Assembly: GCA_973895155.1 (NCBI GenBank)
Contig: OZ316892.1
Span: 26,993,233-27,057,232, forward strand
Origin: Marsupella aquatica
Taxonomy: Eukaryota; Plantae; Marchantiophyta
DNA length: 64,000 nucleotides
Reading direction: 5' to 3'
Positions within the stretch are counted from its first letter, which is position 1. Every line of letters starts with the position of its first letter. Position numbers and translations under genes: made by a program. A model generated the notes under the pieces. The model made no database searches and was not told where the DNA came from. It saw only the letters and a list, made by a program, of their open reading frames with translations. This document shows, piece after piece, positions 50,801 to 61,674 of this stretch.

Positions 50801-51519
50801 AACACATTTCGGTGCAGGAAGGTCAACAACTCTGTCACAAATATATTGGGAACATTGTGATTGCCACAGATGTTCAACAACACGACAAAACCCAGCTTGG
50901 AGCAGTTCGACCCCTCGTAGATAGGAATGCAAGCTTCTTTGATGTGTTTTGGGCCCCCAAACACCCACTCCCTCTCTGCTGCACCTTCCCCAATGTCAAA
51001 GTCAGGTTGAGCTTGGCCGTCGCCAATGTGTGGCTGTGGTTCATTGTCCTCTTCTGATTCCACTGTGTCGTAAAAAGCATCAAGGTCTTCAAAAATCTCT
51101 TGAACCATTCTTGGGACATCCATCCCACCGTCCTTAGTGACTGCCTCTGCATCTCCATCTTGGTCATCCACGTTCTCATGTTGGACCCCAGGACCATCCT
51201 CTGCACAGTCTATGTCCTGCTCTACGTAGTCTCTACGCCTAGCTGTATTAGAATCCACAAAGTCAGCTCTCCACTCTTCATCAGAGGAGTCTTCTTCTGC
51301 TGGTACATTCCAAACCCTCCACCGAGGGTGCCTTTCATGCCGCAGCAGGTGAAGGTGCACAGTGTTCAAACTCAACGACTTGAATCCTTGGCACTATGTG
51401 CATGGGCATCTCATCCTCCTACTCCTACCTTGGGCGGCCCGGGCTTGTTCACGCATCCACAATTTAGAATCATGATGCCTAATCCTAAATGGGTTGTGAA
51501 GAGGCAACCTTGGAGCCAT
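47822..51519 (-). pseudogene. tnpD: CACTA-3 TnpD-like transposase with introns, stops and frameshifts
   Basis: Motifs MRCPCT*CQG, IDACPDGCVLF, DIADYPGHG, VDVMHIEKN, MKTYDYH, FFDVMTHLLIH, WMYPMERY, MKGSW. N-terminus (EDSSDEEWR) shared with the CACTA-2 transposase. Confidence 0.93.
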
Positions 51520-51845
51520 CACTATACACACGCACTCAGCACCCTGTCATTTTATTATGCAAGTGAAAAATACACTTCCTGTTAAGGATTTCACCCCCGA
51601 CTGTACTTGCCAAAATACGTAACGTTCCAAAAAAACAAAAAAACAAAAAATATAGGTGCCTGAGTCATGTACCTATTCTCAAGTGAATGAGACAAAATTC
51701 CTAAATGTTTGAGGGTGTCAACTCCTCCGCTGTCCTCACATGTACTGCCTCTGCACGTACATCCATGACCATATCAGAGTCCAATCATGTATAGTCATAG
51801 ACACAGGTGCCAGGTGCGAGACCGGTGTGAGATGTCCTCATCTTA

Positions 51846-52415
51846 CTACCACATCAAATACGGATACCAATCCTGTTGTCGATGCCACTCAGCCCTGAGG
51901 TACTCAGGCATGTACATTAAGTCATCAAGGTCTAAACCCTGCTCATGCCATGGTGGTCTTTGATCCGTGCCTACAAGCAGTGGCAGCAGTGCCCTCCATG
52001 GTGCACATGTTGCTACCAAGTCCCTCCACTGGGTACTAATTAGTCTATATTTGCAGATATCTTGTGCGCCAGACACCACAAGAACCCTCGGCCAGACATG
52101 TGTAAGAACTATATCATCTGCCAAATCAGGCAACAAGGAACCACCTACAGCATCGTGCTTGTCTAACTCATCTGCTGAAAAGTAAATGTCCTCTTCCGAC
52201 TGTGCATGCTCATTCACCACAGCATTCACAACACATCCAAGGTCTGCAGGCATTATCTCGGATGGAGCTACACTCTGTCTGGTTACCAATCCACACAAGT
52301 AAGCCCAAGCAGTAGCCATGCACGATGCAACCCGTAGGAGGACCCTACATAGGGCCTGACGGTCTGGAAGAGGCAGCATACCCACCAAAGTCTTCAGCCA
52401 AACAGAGCCCAGCAA
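51846..52415 (-). CDS. F-box-like small protein (ATG probably at 52319)
   Basis: LLPDLADDIVLTHVWPRV...KYRLISTQWRDLV fits the plant F-box consensus; no substrate-binding repeats follow. Confidence 0.62.
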   Translation of the reverse strand: MLGSVWLKTLVGMLPLPDRQALCRVLLRVASCMATAWAYLCGLVTRQSVAPSEIMPADLGCVVNAVVNEHAQSEEDIYFSADELDKHDAVGGSLLPDLADDIVLTHVWPRVLVVSGAQDICKYRLISTQWRDLVATCAPWRALLPLLVGTDQRPPWHEQGLDLDDLMYMPEYLRAEWHRQQDWYPYLMW

Positions 52416-52555
52416 GTAGATTCACAGTCACACCCCACGCAGCAGGAAACAACAATCACTTCAACTGCGACCAACCATGACAAGATGAGTTAGTTCAAGG
52501 ATCACATTTATTACAAAATTGTGTTTTATACAAAAATATGAGGGACTCCTACTCC

Positions 52556-53419
52556 TCACTCTCTCCCACCTTTGCTAAGCATACATCTCCGCTGAATCTT
52601 GGAGGGCCAGGCCTCAAAAATATCAAAGTCCCAAGCATTCTGTCGCTTCCCTCTAGCTGCTGATTCCAGAAGCCAATCAGGGGAAAGCACCCAAAGATTG
52701 TTGTTCATGACAAAATCACGCACTGTTGTCTTAAAGAATTTTCTGCATATTTTCATGTATGACAGACCTACAACATGAGTGGAGGTTTCTGTTAGACTCT
52801 CCTCCACTGTCCCACCTAGCTCAACAACTATAGACTTGTACAGTCTGCACTTAGTCTCCCCAATTCCTTCTTCTGCAAATACCACACTGAACCCCTTCAT
52901 AATGGTATTTCTCTCCTTGCCATGCTCATTCAATATAGCATCTGCACGCATAGGATGGTGTCCTATGTTGACAACAGGTCCATATTGGACAGAAGCAAAG
53001 TTGGGTTTCTCTGCCGCTGCTTCATAGGCTTCCTTTTCAGCCAAAGCCTCTGTAGTGGCCTCCTCACTCTCCCACAACTCATATTGCTCAGTACTCTGTA
53101 CACACCTATGTTTAACAGAATCGGTCAGCCAAGAGACTTCAACTACTTTTAGACCTTGGTTGGTAATGGCAGAATCAATGAAGGACCATGACCACTTGTT
53201 CGTCACATCCAGCCATGTCCCCGCAACAACATGTGTAGTCTGTGGAGTGATGTCCTTGACTTCAGTCCCATGGAACTCTGAGAATCGTTTTTGTACGATT
53301 GGCCAACTCACTTGGGTGAACCCATAGTGGCCAGGAATCAAAATGGCTTTGATTCCAGCCAACAGAGGCGGGTGGTCAACCTTTGTACGTTTCCTAGAGG
53401 CCATGTACACACGGGCCAC
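52556..53419 (-). CDS. Tandem two-BRCT-domain protein
   Basis: Intact 287-aa ORF with TTHVVAG...LKVVEVSWLTDS and ELGGTVEESLTETSTHVVG...VLSPDWLLES. Confidence 0.88.
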   Translation of the reverse strand: MARVYMASRKRTKVDHPPLLAGIKAILIPGHYGFTQVSWPIVQKRFSEFHGTEVKDITPQTTHVVAGTWLDVTNKWSWSFIDSAITNQGLKVVEVSWLTDSVKHRCVQSTEQYELWESEEATTEALAEKEAYEAAAEKPNFASVQYGPVVNIGHHPMRADAILNEHGKERNTIMKGFSVVFAEEGIGETKCRLYKSIVVELGGTVEESLTETSTHVVGLSYMKICRKFFKTTVRDFVMNNNLWVLSPDWLLESAARGKRQNAWDFDIFEAWPSKIQRRCMLSKGGRE

Positions 53420-54002
53420 CTAATCACTGCAGACCGGAAGATAATGCGTTCACCTGATAATCGGAGGGCCCTTAAAATGCTGCATTTATAACTTGGTCCA
53501 GTCCAGTCGTCTGGTGAGTCTCTGCTCCGATTCCAAACGGGAGAAATATTGGGACAAACGTACTAGACACCTGCAAGCATGCACCTCATAGTTTGAATAT
53601 GTGCCTTCACAATATTGAAGGTGACAAGTGCAATTGTTTTGTGATGCCACATACAGATGTTGTAAATGGGCAGACATTCAATGAGAATACAAAATGTTGG
53701 TACACTTTAAGGGAATTCTCGCAAATTAAATAGCCTTGTAACTTATATGCTCATAATGAGAAGTCCTGATTTAATTTAAGCAGTGTCATGTAAGTCATGA
53801 TCAAAATGATTGCAGAGTTAAAAAAGTTCCTAGAAGGCTTAAGGGCAGTTTTTGAAGGCATGTACCCAGGAACAAGTAATGAACTTAGGGTACTTGTTGC
53901 CTAAGCATCCTCTCCTACAGAGGTCCTTCTTCTCAAAATTGGAATGTCTGCAATCTCCAAGGTATCCACATCAGGTGCACTATGCATGTATATTATTCAG
54001 GT

Positions 54003-54683
54003 TCAAAGCCAAGAAATGTGATCTCTCATGGGAGTGTGCAAAGTAGGATCTATGGCATGGCGATGACAATAGAAGATCCATCGATCAACACCATGTGCAG
54101 AGTGATCATAGATGTGTCTGTCACAAGCATAGCCTTCTACTTGACGCTCCTTCAAACAATGAAAGTGCCACATGGTGGGACACCTAACACAGTGGACTAT
54201 GTCCACCCAGAAATCTTCATCGTGCTGACCACATGCCTTGCACTTATGAAGTGGGCAAGCTGTGGCAAGATCGGGCAAACATGAAAAACAAAAGAACCTC
54301 ACACAATATCTGTCAGGGCATTTCCTAACAAGTGGTGGAGCATCAACAGAGCCCTCATAAGACCCCAACTTCCCACACTGTGCACACTTAGCCTGCTTCT
54401 CCAAACAATCAGTGCACATCCAGCCTCCCTGGTGTGCTGACGGGAGGCCCACCCTTGGACAGTTGTTTTCTGCAGCAAGGTCAGACTCCGGGTTGAGGTG
54501 GAAATGCCTCATGCAAGGGCCCTCACATATGGCTAAGCCACCACCATCGTCACAAATGGCACAACAATGAGCTGCCTTCTGGAAAATCTGACTTGCGGAG
54601 AAGTTACTACCATCTGGCCCAACTACACCTGTGTTGCTCACCTCTGTCCCCCGCTTCTTGGCTCGGATTTTAGGGCGTGCCAT
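54003..54683 (-). CDS. EDM2/NSD-type multi-PHD finger protein (copy C), intact, with N-terminal basic patch
   Basis: CAICDDGGGLAICEGPCMRHFH...WMCTDC...CAQCGKLGS...CPDRYCVRFF...CPLHKCKAC...CVRCPTMWHFHCL...IFYCHRHAID. Confidence 0.9.
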   Translation of the reverse strand: MARPKIRAKKRGTEVSNTGVVGPDGSNFSASQIFQKAAHCCAICDDGGGLAICEGPCMRHFHLNPESDLAAENNCPRVGLPSAHQGGWMCTDCLEKQAKCAQCGKLGSYEGSVDAPPLVRKCPDRYCVRFFCFSCLPDLATACPLHKCKACGQHDEDFWVDIVHCVRCPTMWHFHCLKERQVEGYACDRHIYDHSAHGVDRWIFYCHRHAIDPTLHTPMRDHISWL

Positions 54684-55352
54684 GCCTACGCATGAGACAG
54701 ATAGTACAATTTAGCAGAGTGCACGGACAATACAATTTAGTGCAGTGTACAAAAAGTACAGTGTAGCATATAGACTAGAGTGGCAATTGCTACTGCAATG
54801 AAATGTTCACACACATGTGCAGAGTAGACATACTTTTTGGTTTGTTGAGCCCACACTAAAAACTGATCCCCTCGTACAATAGCTCCACCTACACCTCAAT
54901 TTTGTGGCTATGATTCACCAAAGGAGATCTGCAACAAGATTTAATGCATTTGAATCACATATAACAGTCGTGACATGTAAAACAGGCATTTTTTGAACAG
55001 GATTGGTATCAAGCATTGTGATCAGGGTTGTAATTTATACATCCTAAATAGGCTATGATAGTGAATGAGACAAATAAGTTAGGCAGAAATCACTTTTTCC
55101 AGGTTATCACATGGCCCATTAATTCCAGTCTTTGAAAGGAGACTTTTAAGTGAGCTTGCTAGCCTCTTAAATTAGGATATTGTACTTAGTGCAGCCATAA
55201 TAGGATAAGTTATGTACTGTTGACCCTAAACCCTGGACCCAAAATTGGTCATAATTCAAAATCTTAAGTAAATATCCTCTCTGTTCAAGTCAAAGTGTTA
55301 AGTTATAGGTCAATGGTCTCTGGTTTGTGCATGCGGTGTGACAAGTGGTCCT

Positions 55353-55802
55353 CTAGAGCGTGTGATCCAAACATGTGTAGACACCAAAGTGACCGGTGGT
55401 GGGGTCTGGGAGGGCAGGACAAGTGACATCGCCAGGCACACTGCAGGATGGTGAGTGGTTCCAGATGATACATTGTGCTCTGTGAAAAAACCGACATCCA
55501 AGAGAACGGTCATCCAACTCTAGGCCAGAAGCCCTACAGGCAGGACAGTCATATTGGCAACTGTGCACACACCCTTGGGCCCTAATTTGTGGCGGGTCAT
55601 GTATGAGAGACAGAAATACCAAGGATGTTGGGAAGGGTGGAGAAGCAGGTATAGGCCGGCTGTAGTTGTTCCTGGCAACAACTGGGTACTCAAAGTACCA
55701 TGCAGACTGGGCTGGAAGGATCCCAAGTCTGACATACTCAAGGCGCAACATCTCTGCCTTGCGTGCAAGCCGCACATGTTCAGCATTGCGGGTCCTCACC
55801 AT
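55353..55802 (-). CDS. ~149-aa Cys/His-rich protein of unknown family (copy C)
   Basis: MVRT...KAEMLRL...GCVHSCQYDCPAC...RAQCIIWNH; homologous to copies A and B. Confidence 0.75.
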   Translation of the reverse strand: MVRTRNAEHVRLARKAEMLRLEYVRLGILPAQSAWYFEYPVVARNNYSRPIPASPPFPTSLVFLSLIHDPPQIRAQGCVHSCQYDCPACRASGLELDDRSLGCRFFHRAQCIIWNHSPSCSVPGDVTCPALPDPTTGHFGVYTCLDHTL

Positions 55803-58800
55803 AAGTGTTGCTTTTGTGGAGATGTCGTGTGTTCACGTCCTCTGATAAGCACCTTCGATCAGCAAGGTGAGCAGGAGCTGTACTTGCCTCACCAACAGCA
55901 ACCAACCTTAAATTATCAGTTCCCACTCACTGTGTCATTCCATTGGTTCCAGCTAGGGGTCAAAGTGTAAACATAGCATGAAACACTCCTAATCAACTTG
56001 CTTACAAACTACAATATCCAGAAAGAGTGAAAGTCTCACCCTCCAGTGAGTAGCAGAGAGGTAGTTCACTAGATGTGTTGATGTGCAGTTAAACCTCCAC
56101 TATTGCTTACTTCTGGTGTATGCTGCTCAGAAGAAGACATATTAGTAGCAGCAAATTGCAAATAATGGCCATAAGCAAACCGTGAGAGTTTGCAGAATGC
56201 TACGACAAATCCATCACAGCAGTGCTCCATAGGAATGAAACCAAGCAAAATTTGGTGACCTCGGCCAATGACAAGGCCAATGTAGTGAACAATCCTTGAC
56301 CGATCAGGATATGGATTGGAATTACAATTAGTCAGCTCTTCTTCTTTGTTTTCTAACTCTAGGGGAAATGAGCATGACCAGGGAATTCTTTGAGAAATAG
56401 AAGTGCACAGGGAAAATGAAATTGGCTCATTCAGCTGCGCAAGACCGGCCATTGCAGCAAACTTGGACAGTTGTTCCGCAATACATAAAATACCCTGACT
56501 TACATGCAATCGATACAATCTGCTTCTGTTGGCTGTCCTACAGCTCACGGTAGTGCCGTTGGGATAGGGTAAGTGAATATTGCCATAGCTGAAGCACATT
56601 GAGCTTGCAGCAAGAAGTGAAGGAGCATGGCCAAAAGCAGAAAAGACAGACAGGTTTTACAAGAAGAAACTAACAACCGCCAATCTGCTCAAATCCGCTG
56701 CATAGATCAAACCCTCCAAACTACACAGCCCTCCTTTGAAAACAATCCAATGTGCTTTGGCTGGTGGATGACAAGGACTGGGAGAAGAGGAAACGTCTAC
56801 ACAATCAATCCAAATGACGGGACACAGAGACCAGGCACAGAGGGGATTTGTGCTTAGATAAAAACCACAAATTGTAGCATGGACGCCATAGCATTGGGCG
56901 GCAATGGGAAGAATTACATCAAATGAGTGGACAGAGAATGAACAGTCCGGTTATAGGCAAACAGCGACTAATGCCCTGATGCAATGAAACACGCATTGAC
57001 ATAGCGGAGGGACATAAAAACTACATAAGCCAACTTACTGACCTTTTAAGGCCCACAATTTCAAGGGGAGGGACAAAGACAGCAATAACAGACGCAAAGA
57101 CAAAGCTGTACTCTGTCAATTGAGTAGGCAAGTGGGTGGGTGAAGATCAACAACCAATGTAGCAGCGCAACCAGAGTAGCAACAAAGAAGCAGGTTGCCC
57201 TCAGTCTCCTATTTTTCAAGCAGCTCGTGCTCGCGGTCAATCTCCTATTCTGCAAGCAGCTCACGCTCGTCCCTCTTGTTCTGCAAGCAGGTCATTCTTG
57301 TCGGCGATGGTGCAAGCTGTCCTCCTAAACTCTGACACTCAAAATGAAAAGACCAAGCACCTCCAATCTGTTTGATCCCTTCCGCAAGCAGCCGAGCAGC
57401 AGACGATAATGTAGGGATCAAGAACCAAGTGCCAGGCGGACATTGCACAAAATGAGGACCGGGGGCAGAGACAAAATCTACCGAAATCTACCAAAATCTA
57501 CTTCTTGGGGTCCAGCCCACGGATGGACATCATGCAAGGTGGTCAAAAATGGTAAGTGCAATTGTTGGAGAGCTGTACTCGCGATTACTAACGGTGCATC
57601 CACAAAACGCGTCATCAAGTTGTCAGTGCGGCCACAACAATTTTGACAGTCTCAGGATCACAGGTCCACAAACAAGTTGCAAATGAAGACACACAACGTC
57701 CAGGAGGGAAAGTCCGCAACACTAACCCTTTGTAAAGCCCCCGAGGTTACCTTCTAGCTGCCGACGCAAAGAGAAAACCTACTCGGACACTGAAGCAACC
57801 CTAAACTCAAAGTCTCACCTTAGCGCAACAACTCCTGGATTGGATTCAGCTAGCTCAGGCTCAATGAAGCATGTCGCCTCGGGCTCTCCGGATCCTCCCA
57901 AGGCAGCAAACAAGTTAGGGTCCACGGTCCTTGTACCTTCACCGCACCGTTGTGTCCTTCCCAATGCCTCCTCTGTAGTTGCGTCTTGTCTGCAACTCTA
58001 CAGCTCCCCGTGTTGCTCTGCCGCACTTAGTTATATTCCAATGCCCGATCGTGACCAAAAAGAGTTTTCTCCTGCTGGACAGCACTAGGTATTTGTTCAA
58101 TCTCTTGATCACGCGTAAGCAGCTACAGGTATGAATCACTCAGTTGGCAGCTCAATACGCTTACAGCAAGAGGGCGCAATAGGTAGAAGCTCGCGCTACC
58201 TAGACCAGCACAAGGACAAAGCATTAACATTGAAACTGTACCATGGAGCTGGAGAAAACCACAGAGTAATTGAAGCCTAACAATACCCTTCTTAGCTCCC
58301 GACTCCAAACTCTCGGCTCCCAGTTTGCAAGAACAAGCACTATGAAAATATGGATTCCCACATTGACTGTGTCCGCAGAACAGATGCAACCCGCATGCAA
58401 CTTCACCAGCTCAACGGCAGCTTGACAATTGAAGGACCTCCCAATGAGCCTCACGGCCTCCCGATGCTCGTTATGGGTGCAGCAAAAGGGTCTATACCAC
58501 AACTGTGACCGAGATTGTCACCCAAAACCTTGAAGAAACCCCAACCTTCGACTCCTCAAACTCCGACAAGCTCCTCACGAACGTTGCAGCAGCCACAACC
58601 TTCTTCGCCCTACCAGCCAAAAACTAAATGTCCCTAAAGGAGATCGAGCAGGAATGCAGGTCTATGAGTAGACTGCAAGCGCAAGGTTAGATCACTGCAA
58701 CTGCCTGAACACTGCTCCTCGAGAGCATAAACAAGCACATAACGCGCGGGAAGTTCACTCCGCAATGGTCGCAAAAAGTGGGCAACACTGAAAGGAAAAC

Positions 58801-59983
58801 CCTACGTAAAACCCCGAACACTCCACCCCTCACGTTCTAAGTTCAATGACAATGGCGAAAACTCCAAAGAGACTCCCAAAGTGAAGTTTAGTGCCTGAAA
58901 CCGAATTAGGGGAAGCCACTCAGCCTTACCGTTTGAGTGAGCCGTTGAGTGTCACCCAAAGTGGGACAAAGCTACAAAGTGTTACTGCATGGCCAACTTA
59001 GGCAATGAATGGTCATATTTGCACATACATGGTCGGTAGTGACATTTTATTGCACGCCGTAATCAGGATTAAGGTTGCCCAACATTATATCCGGTCCTAA
59101 AATGCAATATTCCCGGTGCAAGAATGTGACCTAGCTCTAATGTATGAAAAAGGACCGGTACAAATCTACCTTTGTGCATCTTGACCTTTTATAGATGGAT
59201 TTAGTAATGGCCAAGAATATCTTGACCATCCCTCCATGGTCCAACCTCCATGAACCCCACTTCATTAAACCCAAAACCTTTTTGGTCACAAATAAGGACA
59301 TTTAATGAGTTATGCCCCTTGCTATCACCCTCTTTATAGATTTATTTTTTTGTTTGAAATTTTACATTTATTCCGCGTGAACCCCACGGATGGGGGAACC
59401 AGTAGGCCAAATGGCATCATAAAACCTCAACACCCAAAGGAGGCAATAACAAAGAGTTACTCAACCAGGGTCATCAGATCAGGCAAAGATTGCGAAGCCG
59501 TTCTTCTAGTGGTCCATGCAACAAGTAACAACTAGAATGCATACTTACTATGGCTCTAAGCACCTTCACTACCTTGTTGAACCCAGTCCTGAAGTCTTTT
59601 CAGCGTGTTTGTTGTGCTGTCTCCTTTGGCACCCAACACCTTAGTCCTTGATGTAACAGAATGCGATTTTACAAGTTAGATGCTTTGGAACCTTCTATGG
59701 TCTTAGCTGAATTGATGTCATCGTAAGTGGTGAAAGACAAGGAAGACGAAAGCTGGTTGAAGAGCTGTGGACAACACACTAGCATGAAGTGCTTCAACCA
59801 ATCCACTGCCAAACGGAACTCTTACACAGTCACATTCTTTTAGTAAACAAAAACTCAGTCAAACTTTAGAATCAAAGTACAGACTCTGAAGGACCAAAGG
59901 AGGATGTTGTGAGTTTCTCTGTTGTTTAATGTGTTACCCTTCTAGTTTCGAAGTTAGCAAATGTTGAATAATGTGTCTACCAG

Positions 59984-60326
59984 ATCTTCGAAAAGAAGCC
60001 CACCACAATTAAGAACTTCGGTATCTGGGTCCACGTATCAGAGTCGTACAGGTTATCACAACATGTACAAGGAATATTGTGATACCACAAGAAACGGAGC
60101 CGCAGAGCAGATGTATGATGAGATGGCTTCTTGTCATAGAGTTCGGTTCCCTTGCATCCAGATCATGAAGACTACGACAGTCCCTGTCTCTCTGTGCAAG
60201 CGAGAAAGTACCAAGCAGTTCCATGATTCAAAGATCAAGTTCCCCTTGACGTACTGCAAGATTCAACCTCCATTGCGAAAGCTAAAGACGACTTACAAGG
60301 CCACCAAGCCCAACACAATTGTTTGA
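59984..60326 (+). pseudogene. RPL18a: 60S ribosomal protein L18a (eL20) last-exon fragment with a frameshift
   Basis: After a CAG acceptor: [15 protein letters not shown], then (shifted frame) [38 protein letters not shown]...[12 protein letters not shown]...[11 protein letters not shown]. Upstream exons not found. Confidence 0.92.
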
Positions 60327-61512
60327 GTAGTGCGGGTGCAGGTTCCCAATTTTGAGACAATTTGGCTCATTTTATGTCCCGAGGGAATCCTGGAGTTTAT
60401 GTATTGAGTTTCTAGGTGAAGATGCTTAATATAAGGAAATTCAATTATCACTTCGTTCCCAACTTCTATTAATTGAAAATACACAAGCTGGAAGCAAGAA
60501 GACAAGCCACAATCTAGCATCTTAGCCAAACACAATCGTCCCGACAAAGCAAAACTCAGCTGGACAGAAGTCACTCGGATCCACAAAAAATTGAAGATTC
60601 ACCTCCAAGCCGGAGGCTGATCACTTCAGTACAGCAGCTTCTAGACGAAACAAACTCTGCTCAGCCCCACAGAAACACAAATGTTAAGGCTCCAAGTCAG
60701 AGCTCACAAACAGAAACTCAGATAAATAACATTCAAAATCTGTCCAGGTTTGTGCAAAGTGTACATATTCATTCTTCTGGAATGAACACGCAATGCATAC
60801 ATCACCTAGACACAGTCATTATAAATCATTGGGCGATTGGGGACCACTAAGCAGGTGTGTTCCTATTTCGAGGCTACAGGAAAGGATAGAGTGACACCAA
60901 ACTCAAGAGTACACCAAAAGAAAAACAGCAAGAACCAAAGTCAATCATGTGTGGATAAACTGCACATGGGAAGTTCCCCTGAAGAAGCATCAGTTGCTAA
61001 CATTGTCACCCGAACCACACCTAGTTTATTACCTCAATGTCTTCAGCCTCAATATCCAATCCTCAGCCCCCTGGTGCTTCCGTGTTTGTTCTGAAAATTT
61101 CTGTGATGAAATAATTATTCAATACATTCAATAGGAGTTCAGACAATCTGAAGAGGACTTTGGACTTGAATGGGGGACAGCGTGGCCATATAGTTATCCT
61201 TGTGGCCTTCAGCTACGTGTCTCACGCTGAATTTCACTTTCCAATTTCGAGAGTTGTGAAGGTCTAGTTTTAGTAACTTCCTCCTGACTCGACTTGGGAG
61301 CATTCTCTGTATTTGCTAGCTTGTAGTTAGCTTTGACTCCTTTCAGCTTAGTTGACGACCCTCTTGAGATATTAACAATTAGAACAAACACAAGTTGTCA
61401 AGACAGATTCCACCGGAGCAAAAAGTCCAAAACCAGGTGAATGAAAACCTAAGGAGAGTCCATAAGAACGAAAGTAGGAAGGCAGGTGCACGGGCCACGG
61501 AGAAAAGTAAAG

Positions 61513-61674
61513 GATGCATGTCATTAGTGGGGAGGGATCTTAGCAAAAGCAGGGGAAAGCAAGGGAACTTGCGGCTAAAATCAGCTGAAAGATGCATGTG
61601 ATTAGTGGGAGGGATCTTAGCAAAAATAGGGGAAAGCAAGGGAACTTGCGACTAAAATCAGCTGAAAGATGCAC
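61513..61674 (+). repeat. 78-bp tandem duplication
   Basis: ATTAGTGGG(G)AGGGATCTTAGCAAAA...TAAAATCAGCTGAAAGATGCA starts at 61523 and 61601. Confidence 0.9.

Noticed and set aside
59984-60326. Functional RPL18a gene or processed retrocopy
   Set aside because: Frameshifted, missing 5' exons, begins at an intron acceptor and has no poly(A) tail.
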